From NCBI RefSeq assembly GCF_009914755.1, contig NC_060929.1: 64,000 nucleotides of DNA, one strand, 5' to 3'. The position numbers were made by a program, and so were the translations under genes. Of this stretch, positions 26,260 to 40,779 are shown one piece after another. The notes under the pieces were generated by a model. That model was not told the DNA's origin, searched no databases, and saw nothing but the letters and a program-made list of their open reading frames with translations. Every line of letters begins with the position of its first letter. The stretch's first letter is position 1. The stretch is from the human T2T-CHM13v2.0 reference genome, Homo sapiens.

Positions 26260-26470
26260 TTAATAAGCAACCTATTAATAAGTATTATTTACACTATTTT
26301 AAGTACTTTGCAGATGTTATAAAATTTAATCCTAAACAACAAATCTGAACGTTAGGTCCTAAAGTGTAAAGACATTGAGAAACTTCGTCAGTGTTAAACC
26401 TTAGTAAATGGTAGAGCCAGAATGTACCCTAGGAATTCCATACCTGCCTGCACTTTCAGCTACTGCATCC
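26260..26470 (-). mobile_element. MIR remnant
   Basis: AAGTACTTTGCAGATGTTAT..TTTAATCCT..TTAGTAAATGGTAGAGCCAGAAT. Confidence 0.55.
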
Positions 26471-27265
26471 CCAAAGCCTGAGTACCTGACTACATTTTAC
26501 CCACAAAAGACGTGCTGCATCATTTATTTTTTGGTGTAAAGTTTTAGGTCAGAAAACTTTTTATGATACATTGGATAGACCCTAAAAATTATATTATTTT
26601 ATCTGTCCCTTTTGAGATATATACGACATTAAGTATTTTCCAAATCAGATCAGACAGATTTCATTTGCTTGCTTGCTTTTTGAAAGTTGCCAATCTTCAA
26701 AGGAAGAACTTTTATTTTCTTTCATATTTTGTCTGAACTTGGATTTGAATTACATTAATAATGATAAACATCAGTCTCCACCTGCAGCCTAAACTGGAGT
26801 TGTATATATGAATCTTCCAACCTTGATGAAAACAAGGCACTCTTGCCTATTTTAAGTTCAAAAATGTATTTCTTTCAAGCACATCTAATACATGCTATTT
26901 TGGTATAAAGATTGGAAGCAGCAATCATAATTTTATTTCTTCTACTGAACATCTTGCACATGACTTTACTTGTTATAATGGCATTGAAAATTACACAACA
27001 CACTATAAATTCCAATTGGAATGTAACATATTTTTGCATTAAATTAAATATAAGGAGAGACTATAACCTTTGCACCAGTATTCTCCCTAGCCCTGGAACT
27101 ATCATATGATGATGTTTTATAAATACAATAGCTAGAATTATCTGTGCACTACTTAAAACCTGTATGTAGTCAGAAATATTATATATTCTCTCCAAGACCA
27201 ATTCCATTGTAAATTAATGATACCCATGTCCAAATGAGACACTGTGAATGGAACAGTAAAAGATG

Positions 27266-28549
<1,284 letters not shown>

Positions 28550-28917
28550 CTAAAACTAAATATAACTCAAAACTGAGGGCAGTGGAAACATTGTCCGTTT
28601 AGAATCTTTAAAGTAACACAGGCTTTTCATCTAAATTAATACATATTCCAAGTAGAGGGTATTAAAATCCCATGAGGATTGCATTTTCTGGGAATAATTA
28701 TATGGGGCAGTATATGTTTCAAACTAGAAACCAAGTTTTAATAAAAAACTATTGAAAAATAAGCATATATTACCTTTTCAAGGCATTTTTTAAAGAGATT
28801 TTTGAGTTATTCAATAAATATGCTTTAAATATGTTCTGTTCCTAGGACCATGGATTGGCTTGGAAGGCATTCATGAAACTGCAATATAATAACATAACAT
28901 GCATGTATATACATGCT

Positions 28918-29335
28918 TGCAGTAGATCATTCTTGCATTGCTATTAACAAATGCCTGAGACTGGATAATTCATATGAAAAGAGGTTTAATTGGCTTATGG
29001 TTCTGTGGGCTGTATAGGAAGCATAGCTCTGGCATCAGCTTCTAGGGAGGCCTCAGGAAGCTTACAATCATGGTAGAAGGTGACGTGGGAGCAGGAACAT
29101 CACATGGCAAAAGCAGGAGCCACAAGAGAGAGTGGGGGAGGTGCCGCATTCTTTTAAAACAACCAGATCTTGCAAGAACTCACTATCATGAGAACAGCAC
29201 CAAGAGGATGACACTAAACTATTCATGAGAAATCCACCCCCATGATTCAATCACCTCCCACCAGCACCATTTACAACACTGGGGATTACAATTCAAAATG
29301 AGACTTGGGTGGGGACACATATTCAAACTATATCA
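28918..29335 (-). mobile_element. MST (MSTA/B) MaLR solo LTR
   Basis: AAAAGAGGTTTAATTGGCT..GGGAGGCCTCAGGAAGCTTACAATCATGG..CAAACTATATCA; TSD ATGCT / GTGCT. Confidence 0.92.
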
Positions 29336-29678
29336 GTGCTATTGCAATTTTCCATTTTGCTGAAGCAAATACTCTTTTAAAATTGTTAATGTTACCCTAT
29401 TCCCAATGACGGTAATGATATGTCTATTACTTTTTTTTTTTTTTTGCCTTAAGTTACTGATACTAGAATTGGATTTTCTAAAAGTAGTAAGCTTTAGGAA
29501 AACCCCAGCTTCAATATTCATCTATCTCAGTTATCAATAAAGGAAGAAATATGGCTCTGCTATACCTTGGGCTAATATTGACTGATAAATGCAACTCATA
29601 TTACATTTGACACCCTCCTAGACTATGTTTTCAGTGCTGTTTTCTGTTTTCCTTATTCATCCAAAAGGCCTTTGTCTT

Positions 29679-29873
29679 ACATTTAGCCCCACAATCACAA
29701 TTCCTGATACCTATTCACTATAATCTACCTTAGAGTTCAGTTTGCCTAAATTGTTATCCTTTTTACACAAAAACATTTGGCCCCACAATCACGATTCCTG
29801 ATACCTACTCACTATAATCTACCTTAGAGTTCAGTTTGCCCAAATTGTAATCCTTTTTACACAAAAATGTTTG
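29679..29873. repeat. 94-bp tandem duplication, 2 copies
   Basis: GCCCCACAATCAC...CCTTTTTACACAAAAA starts at 29686 and 29780; ~6-7 mismatches. Confidence 0.95.
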
Positions 29874-31509
29874 AAGACTAAAAATATTTTGACTCTCTGT
29901 TCATGGAATTTCATATTTCTTGTCAATGTAGCTATTTGTACGAAAGAGTATTTCTACAATAATATTTATCCAAAGTCTGCAATGCATGCTGCTAGGAGCA
30001 TTCCTATTGATTTTAGGTAGTACAAAATCCAAAATACTTACTTAGTTTAATAAAGCACTGAGTTCTTTATGCTAAATAATATTTACGAGATGACCTTGGA
30101 GTGTATGTATATGTGTGTATACCTATATATTTAGAAATATATATATGAATTTATATATACACACATTATATATATTCATATTCATTAAAACTCATTTATA
30201 TAAGTAAAAAGTTATTTTTAATTAAATAATAGAGCTATTCACAATTGTGTCAAAGAATTGTAATGTATGACAAAATTTGTAAAGAACAAACATTAACCAT
30301 ATAATACTTGATTTAGCATACTAATATTATGAACTAAAGTGGCACTATCTCTATAAATATGTTAATATTCATAAATAAATACACTAAAAAGTGACTAATA
30401 TTCTCTGAAGGTAACATAAATGGTACAGAAAAATTAAAAGTGTTGGTCCTTGTTTCAAGAATATTATTGACTTAATCCTCATTTATTTAATGTTACATTA
30501 TTTGTAGCTTTCTTACTTTTAATAGTCAACAGTTCATGCTCCATGTGTACCTCTTCATAAAACAAAAAATAGTTATGTCATCAGCATGAGTGTATGAATT
30601 CTGTGATATAATACAAATGTAATTACTTTATTGGAAGCCAATGACCTAATATAGATTTATAAAATCTTGAAACACCTTTTATTGCAAGCTAAGGATAAAA
30701 CAATTTATAAGTAGCTTAGAATTATATTGTTAAATTTATTATTCCAGTTTCCTGGGGTCTTCCCTACCAAATAATTGCTGCTTGTTTTCCCACTGGCTTT
30801 TGTGATTGTAGCAATGGTTACCTCAATTCAGTGGACTTTATTTCCTCATCAGAGTCTTCAGACAGCCACAGTATTTCAACCGAAGGATAAAGCAGTAATA
30901 AAATTATTCAAATATGAAAAAAAGAAACAATAATTTCTAGCAATCAAGGTAATGAGGTCACGGTATTAAAATTGGAGCAACATTTTTTTCTCTTGAGTGA
31001 AAAAAAGGGAGAAGACACAGTAAAAAATAATACACTAAAAAACTTACTTACATTGCATATAATACTAATTTCATGTCAAAGAGTTACTTTTATTTCAAAA
31101 GGTGAATGAGTACATATTAAGCAACGTAAAAAGCAAATTTGCATGGTGTATTGAAAAAAGCATCACATATAGCCAAAAGTAGACTGGGTATAAATTTAAA
31201 ATTTACTACCTAGAATCAAATTATGTAACTAACTTGATCATCAGTTCTTTATTCACCGTTAAGAAAAATAGTAACATCTACCTAACAAGATTAAAGGGGA
31301 TGTCTGTTGCAGAATAGATGCCTAGGAAATGTTAATTATCTTTGTTATTAACAGATTATAATGCTAATAATCAAAAGAATAACAAATTTAAAAAATCCAC
31401 TAATATTAACCCACCCCCAAAAATGTACAGGGAGAAGATGACCTATGTAACCAAATAGATGGGTTTTTTTCTCAATTTGCTTTGATTAAGCATGTTTGTA
31501 TGGAACAAT

Positions 31510-33641
31510 TGGGCAAGATAGAGGAATTAAAGGCTTCTAGATTAAAAGGGAAGAAAAAAACTGTTTTGATTCATAAATGTTATGATCCTTTACATGGAAA
31601 ACTCTAAGGATCCACTACAAAACTACTGGAACTAATAAACAATTTCAGCAAGGTTATAGCGTACAAGTCAATTGGATTCCTATACACCAGCAATTAACAA
31701 TCTGAATATAAAATTAAAAGTTCCATTACAAATATCATAAAAAAAATTAAATGCTTAGGAATAAATTTAACAAAAGAAATACAAGAATTTAACATTGTTG
31801 AAAAAGTTGAAGGTGATCTAAATAAGTTGAAAACATCCTATGTTCATGCATCAGAATACCTAATATTGTAAGATGACAGTACTTTTCCAGTTGATCTACA
31901 GATTTAACACAATTCCTAAAAAAAAATCCCAGCTTCCCTTGTTCAAGAAATTGACAAATTGATACTAACATTGATATGGAAATAAAAGGACCCAGAATAA
32001 GCAAAAAGATCTTGAAAATGAACAAAATCCGAGGACTTACACTTCCTGATTTCAAATTTACTACAAAGTCACAGTAATCAAGACAAAAAAATAGTGGCAT
32101 GAGGATAAACAGATAAATGCAATAGAATTGAGAGTCTGTAAATAAACGCTTAAATTCATGTTCGATTGAACTGTAACAAAGTTACTAAGAAATTCAATGG
32201 AATGGAAGAAAAATAGTCTTTTCCAGAAATGGTAATTAAATTATTAGATATGCCCACGTAAAAGTAAATTTCGACTCTTACCTCACACCATACCCAAAAA
32301 TGAACCCAAAATTGATTGTAGACTTAAATGTAAGATCTGAAACTCTAAAACTCTTAGAAGAAAAAGAAGACAGCCTGACCTTTGTTTAGGCAGTGTTTTC
32401 TCAGATAAAACGGCAAAAGAATAAATTATAGAAGAAAAAATAGATGACATCATCAAAAATGTTAAACTATTTTACTTAAAGGGATACCATCAAGAAAATA
32501 AATAAAACCCACAAAGTGGGAAAAGTGTTTTCAAATTATATATCTGATAAGGGATTTGCATCCAGAATATATAAAGAATACTGACATCTCAATGATAAGA
32601 AGACAAGAAATATAATTAAAACATGGGCAAACGATTTGCATAGACATTTCACCAAAGAAGATATGGAATGGCTAATAAACACATAAAGAGGTTTGCAATA
32701 TCATTATTCACTAAGGAAATATGAGCTAAAACCACAATGAGATCTGCAATTCACAATGAATCAAAACAACCTCATATTCATTAAAATGGCTATAATCACA
32801 AGAACAGAAATAACTAGTGCTGGCAAAAATGTGGAGAAGTTGAAACTTTTGAAAACTGTTAATGGCAATGTAAAATGGTGCAGCCACTTTGGAAAGGAGT
32901 TTGGCAGTTTCTCAGAATGTTAAACATAGAGTTACCACATGACTCACCAATTCCACTCCTAGATACCTACCCAAAGGAAGTGAAACATGACTGTGCAACA
33001 ATTTACACAGAAATGTTCATAGCAGCACTAATCAGAATAGTCAAAAAGTAGAAATAACCCAAATGTCTATCAGCTAGTGAATGGATAAAGAATGTGACAT
33101 ATCTATAAAATGTGATAATATTCTGCATTAAACAACAACAACAACAAAAATTAAGTGCTGGCTAGGCACGGTTACAGATGCCTGTAATCCCAGCATTATG
33201 GGAAGCTGAGGCAGAAAGATTGCTTCAGAAGTTTGAGATGAGCCTGGTCAACATAAGGAGACCCTGTCTCTAAAAAAAAGAAAAAGATAAAAGAGGACAA
33301 AAGAAGAAGATGAGGAGGATGAAGAAGTATTGATGCACGTACAACATAAACTAACATCAATTATGTCAAATCAAAGAAACCAGGTACAATATACCACATA
33401 CTGTATAATATTGTTAAGATGAAATATCCAGAAAAAAGCAAACATATAGGTGCAGAAAGTAAATTGATAAGAATAGTGAATAAAAATAAGTAGATTTTCT
33501 GTGTGGGATAATATAAATGTTTTAAAATTAATCATGGTGATTATATAACTCTGTAAATACACAAATATCATTGAATCATATACTGTTTCAAGGTGAATTT
33601 TCTGGTATGTCAATTATATATTAATTAAAGCTATTACAAAA
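31510..33641 (+). mobile_element. L1MB-type element: ORF2 3' half plus 3' UTR
   Basis: Decayed ORF2 (CTACTGGAACTAATAAACAATTTCAGCAAGG; GGACTTACACTTCCTGATTTCAAA; AGACATTTCACCAAAGAAGATA; GTAAAATGGTGCAGCCACTTTGGAAA) and an L1MB-like tail GGTGAATTTTCTGGTATG..AATTATAT..TAAAGCT. Confidence 0.88.
33160..33290 (+). mobile_element. FLAM / left Alu monomer nested in the L1MB
   Basis: GGCTAGGCACGG..GCCTGTAATCCCAGCA..GAGACCCTGTCTCT plus A-rich tail; no right monomer. Confidence 0.85.
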
Positions 33642-33929
33642 GTTTAGAGGAAAACTAATCTACCAAAAATGGAATCTGCCTCGCTGTTATTGTGATTATA
33701 TAGGGGTTAATATTTTATTTAGGGGGTAATAGTGTTGTTATTTGATTGCTGGTTTGAGATGGTTTTCCGTGTATTGTGGGGTAAATAAATTTAGTAATTA
33801 TGGGATATTCTGATTCTATCAATCATCTTTTTTGCTCTTGAATGCAAAGAATCTCTCTGTGAAAAAAGGATAATACAAATGTAATACAGATAAGTTTAAA
33901 TAAAATCTCTGTAGTTCCAAACTTGTTTG

Positions 33930-35160
33930 GAATTATCAATGAGAAGTATCAATTCATAAAGTATATCACATAGATATAATTTTAAATGTAGATAAAAAGA
34001 TGATAGATTATAGATATTGATACAGGTATACATATATGAACAAATTTATCCTAACTTTCTCCAGTGAAGAGGCTTAGACACAATGAGCAATCCAACCTCA
34101 ATGGACATCCCTAGAATCCAGATTACGATCTTGAATTAGTATTTCTAAGTTTAAAAAAAGGACTTTTTGAGAAAATGACAGTTTACAGAACTGGGACAGG
34201 AAATATGCAAAATTAATCTAAAAAATTTCAAGCTGGGACACACTTAAGTACTGCTACTAGGTCATGTCAAAAAGACTCAAGAGACAAATTGAGAAAGCTT
34301 CAAATGACCAAAGATGGGTAATTTAGAGTTTCAAAATGGTAAGATCAAATATTTAAATGCATAAATTAGTAATAATGATATTTGTAAACGAGTTGGTCAT
34401 CTTTGGAGACTGATAGATAATTCATTATCTTGAAAACTGGCAAGAATGGAAAAGAAGTAGTTATTTTGCTTTATATGAATTCACCACCATATAATTAATA
34501 AATTAGAAAAATAATTATTTATTAAAGTATTCATACTAATACACGAGAAAATAATTATAGATGTTGAAATCCTCAATTAATTAGCGAATCTAGACATTGA
34601 ATATAACAGCTGTGACATCACAAAAAGACCACTAGATATTAAGTGCTTCCTGCTGAAAGCAGATTACCTCTTGTTCTGCTGTAAGGATAAAAACTGAGTT
34701 GAAAAATGTCCCTGGATCCAGTAACTCATTTTAAGAAAATACAGATGAAAAAAAAAATGTGTTGAACTTCCTTGTTAGTATGCAATAAACTAAATCCAGA
34801 TTGACCATCTCTACAGATCAAATGCCCATTTTTCTTCAGGTACATTTTGAAATGAAAATAAATGAATGAGGAAGATTCAACTATACTGTGTATGGATGCA
34901 TATTTGAAGTAATACAACTGTAAAACAATTCACAAAAGTGACCACTAGAACAGTCAGAATAATAGTTAATTTTAGGTAGAGGAAGGGGCTGTGATTGGCA
35001 CAAGACACAGAGAGTTCTGTAGTGGCTGTCAACATTCTATTTCTTTATATAAGCAGCGATTATAAGACGGTTTACCAGGTATTATCTCTTAAGCTACTTT
35101 TTGTTTTTGTGTTTTGTGTGGTTTTCTGTTTTTGTCTCTTATTTTTCAATAAAAAGTGTA
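33930..35160 (+). mobile_element. L1MC/MD-type 3' region (L1MC4-like)
   Basis: CTCCAGTGAAGAGGCTTAG..CCTAGAATCCAGAT..GGGACAGGAAATATGCAA..GTCATGTCAAAAAGACTCA..CCAAAGATGGG; ends TTTCAATAAAAAG. Confidence 0.65.
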
Positions 35161-37429
35161 ATATAGTTTTAAAATAGGTAGCATTTGAACCTCCCATACA
35201 ATGAAGAAAATTAAGGCAAATGAAGCATATTCATAAAAAATTTAAAAAGTTAACTATCAGAGAATTAGTAAAACAAGCATGAGCAAAATGAAAGATTCAG
35301 TGGTCAGCCTTAGTACTTTCAGACTCACTACAATTCTGCAGGTCACGCATTCCTCAAACTTCAGAATCAAACTGTCATTTTTATTTTTTAATTTGAGCAA
35401 AGATTTATTCTTTTTTTTTACCCTAGTGAGTTATGTCATATTTTAGTGATTTTAGTCTTTTTTTTAATCTATGTGACATTTTATGGCTTGTAGACAAGTT
35501 CAAACCAATCAGACATATTCTAAGTATCATTTGTTTGGTTGTATTTCTGTCATTTTTTTCTTACACTGTTATTTCTATTTTATAAAGATTTATAACATTT
35601 AGATTCATGTCTGTGACTGTAATTTATTATTTTCTTAATGCTATATTTAAGTGGATTTAATGTTCACCACAAGCTCTTGTAACAAAGAAACCACACTCGG
35701 TACTTTCTTATTTTGATTCATCACTGGTTTGTCTGGGTTTTTATCGGTGAGTTGTTTTTTTCAACAGTAAGTTGTTGATAAGCTTAATAAGATTTATCAA
35801 CAGACACAGAAGAGAAATGCTTAATATATGGTTTCAGAAATATAAACTATTATAATTTATTCTAAAAGAAAATATCAATATTTCAGTGAGTATGAAAAAA
35901 TATACAATTTTTTCAAAGAAATAGCTCCAAAAATACTTGATATGTTATTGCATTACCGGTGGTATAGACAAACATTCAAGACATAAAAATTCTCCATGTT
36001 ACACAAACTATTTTAGAGCACAAAAAAATCAACAGGCAATAGCAACAGAACACATTAAATAGTCCCAAAAGATCTTATACATCATAATTTGACAAAGTTT
36101 GAAATCTTTTGATTAAATGTTACTATTTCTACCAGAATTCAACAGGCATCTTTTGTTTATGGCTGAGCATTTCACATTTTTCTTAAGACTAGAATAAAGG
36201 TTAATGTCAGAGACATTTATTTTGACTTGCTAAAATTTAGATTTTTTTCCCTTCTACTTAAGTGCAGATTTAATCCATCGTTATTCATTACTTGGATGGT
36301 CTATGGTAAAGGATAATTTGCCTTTAATGCTATGTTTAATTCATCAAAAATATCTTTAACTTTTAGGAATTTTTTGTGGGCTTTATTTTATCATTTGGCA
36401 AATTAACAGGAAATTTTTGAGTAGATATTTTAGGAATTCTATCCTCAGTAGCATCAGCAAACGTGACTGTTATAAAGTTAAGACTCTGTATATCTATCTC
36501 AATATTTTCTTATTATAGTCTGTAGTCTTGGATTTTCTTAGAACCAAAACTTTTATGACTTACGTATGCCAAATGATGGCAAATTCTCTATTCATTAGAT
36601 ATTCCTGTAGTACTAGAAAATTAAGTCAAGTAAAATAATGTTTTTATATTTAAACATAAACCTATATTTTTCAGAATAATCTATATATATTCCATAAAAT
36701 ACATCTTATAACTTCTATATACTATGGTTATTAGAAGTGAATTCTATTCATAGTCTCTATACTAACTAGTTGTGAGAAATCATTAGGTTGCCTCAGTTCT
36801 CTGATTAGTGTGACCATCATATGATCTTCCTTATCCTTTGCAGGTGTAGCACAGTGTGCTTTCATAATAATATGTGATCATTATGTTTATGATTTTTTCA
36901 CCAAACATAAACTATTTCTTCACCAAACATAAGTAAAAAATGACATCCTTCAAAAATTCTGCTTGCAAATTTCAGCAATTGAAAATTGCTTTACCTGTGT
37001 TATCTAAACTGTGTTTCAAAAACCACTTTTGTGTTTATCGCTGACATTTCTCTTCTATATCTTATGCTCAACTTTTTGCTTTCCCCCATATTCCCTAAAA
37101 TGCTGTTAAAATTAGATTTTTAAAGCACCAATGGCATCATCCTTTGAAAATTTTAACTTTCATAGCTTTCACTGCCTTTATCAGTTTATTCGACATCTTT
37201 CTTGATTCTCATCACATCAACTACCAGAGCAATTTTATATGTTATTATGATCATCTGATTTTCTTTCAGGACACTTTAATTCCCGTATCAAATCCAAATT
37301 CCTTATTTTTTCTTCTACAAATGAATATGCAGTCATATGAGGGTTATATATTAATTAATTGGTATGAATTTTTCAGGCCTTGCATTAATTAGTAATTACA
37401 TGCAGCTGTTAGTAACAGTCGTGACTACA

Positions 37430-37850
37430 GCACTTTTAAAATTTCAGAGATTTATTTTCCAAAGTAAAATAGAAAATTATGTTTTCCAGTCCTGATATGT
37501 CAGCTATACATAGTCATTAGGGAGCCAAGCTTGTGTTATCTTTCTTTCCACAATGTTAAGCATGTGTCTTCTGCTCTCAAAATCATAGGATGGCTGCTGA
37601 ATTTCCAGCCATCACATTCATTTTCCAGGATGACAAAAGAAGAAGGTAAGGGGCACAGCCACAGTTCTCCCAGACAAGTCAGAACCTTTTAAAGATCTAT
37701 TCTGGTAACTCCATCCAATTACTTTTATTTGTATCTCATTAGTCACCCCTCAGGGCAACTGAGGCTAGAAAATATAATCTGGCTAGATACATTGCTGCTC
37801 CAAATAAAATCAAGGATCTGCTAATTGCATTTGTGTCCAGCTGGCAGCTC
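37430..37850 (-). mobile_element. MLT1J/K-like LTR remnant
   Basis: GGATGGCTGCTG..CCAGCCATCACATTC..TTCCAGG; GAGGCTAGAAAATATA..ACATTGCTGCTCCAAATAAAATCAAGG. Confidence 0.65.
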
Positions 37851-38325
37851 TATTTCCAAATTATTAGATTAGACTTGTATAAATAATTCTGATCTCTGTG
37901 TTTGCAATAACCAAACTACTTTTTTTCAAACTCCATTTTATTTAACTTAATTGCAGTGCGTTTTTCTTAAAATAAAAAAGAATATGCTTGCTTTTATAAA
38001 TGTATTTAATGTTTGCCATTTGAGTGTTTGTCACTTGAATATTTGTTACATAGTTTCTTTTTAGAAAGACAGCAAAATATTTGTCTCAGCAAATTAGATA
38101 TGGAAGTTTGTTAAACTCAAAATTAACTTTCTTGAACTTAATATTTTACATTTGAGGTTTTATATCAAACATAAAAATGAAAATATATTTTGTTGATATT
38201 TCAACAAACTTTAGGTTATAATTGCAATTATATACTTACTCAAGAAAAAACCAAATAATATTTCACATCTATGGTTCTTCCTCACATAAAATTTTCCATT
38301 AAAATTATATGAATGTATGCATGAT

Positions 38326-40690
38326 GTGTCTCTGCCAGGTTTTGGTAGCAGGATGATGCTAGCCTCGTAAAATAGTTAGGAAGGGAGTCCCTCTTTTTCT
38401 ATTGTTTGGAATAGTTTTGGAAGGAATGGTACCAGCTCCTCTTTGTACTTCTGGTAGAATTTAGCTGTGAATCCGTCTGGTCCTGGGCTTTTTTTTGTTG
38501 GTAGGCTATTAATTACTGCCTCAATTTCAGAACTTGTTATTGGTCTATTCAGGGATCTGACTTCTTCCTGGCTTAGTCTTGGGAGGGTGTATGTGTCCAG
38601 GAATTTATCCATTTCTCCTAGATTTTCTAGTTTATTTGCATAGAGGTGGTTATAATATTCTTTCATGGTAGTTTGTATTTCTGTGGGATCAGTGGTGATA
38701 ACCCCTTTATCAGTTTTTATTGTGTCTACTTGATTCTTCTCTCTTGTCGTCTTTATTAATCTGGCTAGCGGTCTATTTATTTTGTTAATCTTCTCAAAAA
38801 ATCAACTCCTGGATTCATGGATTTTTTGAAGGGTTTTTCATTTCTCTATCTTCTTTAGTTCTGCTCTGATCTTAGTTTTATCATCTTCTGCTAGCTTTTG
38901 AATTCATTTGTTCTTGTTTCTCTAGTTCTTTTCATTGTGATGTTAGGGTGTTGATTTTAGATCTTTCCCATTTTCTCATATGGGCATTTCATGCTATAAA
39001 TTTCCCTCTAAACACTGCTTTAGCTGTGTCCCAGAGATTCTGAAACATTGTGCCTTTGTTCTCACAGGTTTCAAATAACTTATTTATTTCTGCCTTAATT
39101 TCATTATTTACCCAGTAGTCATTTAGGAGCAGGTTGTTCGGTTTCCATGTCCTTGTGTGGTTTTGAGTGAGTTTCTTAATCCTGAGTTCTAATTTGATTG
39201 TTATAATTTCCGTTCTTTTGAATTTGCTGAGGAGTGTTTTACTTCCAATTATGTGGTCAGTTTTAGAATAAGTGCTATGTGGTGCTGAGAAGAATGTATA
39301 TTCTGTTGATTTGGGGTAGTGAGTTCTGCAGATGTCTCTCAGTTCCGCTTGGTCCAGAGCTGAGTTCAAGTCCCAAGTATCTTTGTTAATTTTTTGTCTC
39401 ATTGATCTATCTAATACTGACAGTGGGGTGTTAAAGTCTCCCATTATTGTGTGGGAGTCTAAGTCTCTTCGTAGGTCTCTAAGAACTTGCTTTATGAATA
39501 TGGGTGCTCCTGTATTGGGTGCATATATATTTAGGATAGTTAGCTCTTCTATCCCTTTACCATTATGTAATGCCCTTCTTTGTCTTTTTTGATCTTTGTT
39601 GGTTCAAAGTCTGTTTTATCAGAGACTAGAATTGCAACTCCTGGTTTCTGTTTTTTTTTGTTGTTTTGTTTTGTTTTGTTTTTCTTTCCATTTGCTTGGT
39701 AAATATTCTTCCATCCCTTCATTTTGAGCCTATGTGTGTCTTTGCACATGAGATGGGTCTTGACTCTTTATCCAATTTGCCAGTCTGTGTCTTTTAACTG
39801 GGGCATTTAGCCCATTTATATTTAATATTTATATTTAATATTGTTATGTGTGAATTTGATCCTGTCACTATGATGTTAGCTGGTTATTTTGCCTGTTAGT
39901 TGATGCAGTTTCTTCATAGTGTCAATAGTCTTTACAATTTGATATGTTTTTGCAGTGGCTGGTACCGGTTTTTCCTTCCCATATTTAGTGTTTCCTTCAG
40001 GAGCTCTTGTAAGGCAGGCCTGGTGGTGACAAAATCTCTCAGCATTTGCTTGTCTGTAAAGGATTTTATTTCTCCTTCACTTATGAAGCTTAGTTTGGCT
40101 GGATATGAAATTCTGGGTTGAAAATTCTTTTAAGAATGTTGAATATTGGCCCCCATTCTCTTCTGACTTGTAGGGTTTCTGCTGAGAGATCCGCTGTTAG
40201 TCTGATGGACTTCCCTTTGTGGGTAACACGACCTTTCTCTCTGGCTGCCCTTAACACTTTTTCCTTCATTTCAACCTCGGTGAATCTGACAATTATGTGT
40301 CTTGGGGTTGTTCTTCTCGAGGAGTATCTTTGTGGCGTTCTCTGTATTTCCTGAATTTGAATGTTGGCCTGTCTTGTTAGATTGGGGAAGTTCTCCTGAA
40401 TAATATCCCAAAGAGTGTTTTCTAGCTTGGTTCCATTCTCCTGGTCATTTTCCGGTACACCAATCAAACATAGGCTTGGTCTTTTCAAACAGTCCCATAT
40501 TTCTGGGAGGCTTTGTTCATTCTGTTTCATTCTTTTTTCTCTAATCTTGTCTTCATGCCTTATTTCATTAAGTTGATCTTCAATCTCTGATATCCTTTCT
40601 TCTGCTTGATTGATTCGGCTATTGATACTTGTGTATGCTTTATGAAGTTCTTGTGCTGTGTTTTTCAGCTCCATTTATGTTCTTCTTTAA
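38326..40690 (-). mobile_element. Internal L1PA7/8-like fragment: partial ORF1, inter-ORF region, ORF2 endonuclease and linker; disrupted
   Basis: ORF 40090..40674 is ORF1p (MELKNTAQEL..DIIQENFPNL..IQEIQRTPQRYSSRR); 39549..39749, 38989..39444 ([20 protein letters not shown]) and 38376..38666 ([14 protein letters not shown]) are ORF2; the ORF2 start is mutated to GTG at 39866-39868. Confidence 0.97.
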
Positions 40691-40779
40691 GCATGATACG
40701 AATATCTTTCACATAATATTTGACTTTCATAGCATAGTTATAAAGGCCAAGTGCTTTTGCAACAAGCATTTAAAGATTT

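Noticed and set aside
40090-40674. The 194-aa ORF as a functional gene
   Set aside because: It is a truncated, frameshifted L1 ORF1p remnant with no L1 promoter.
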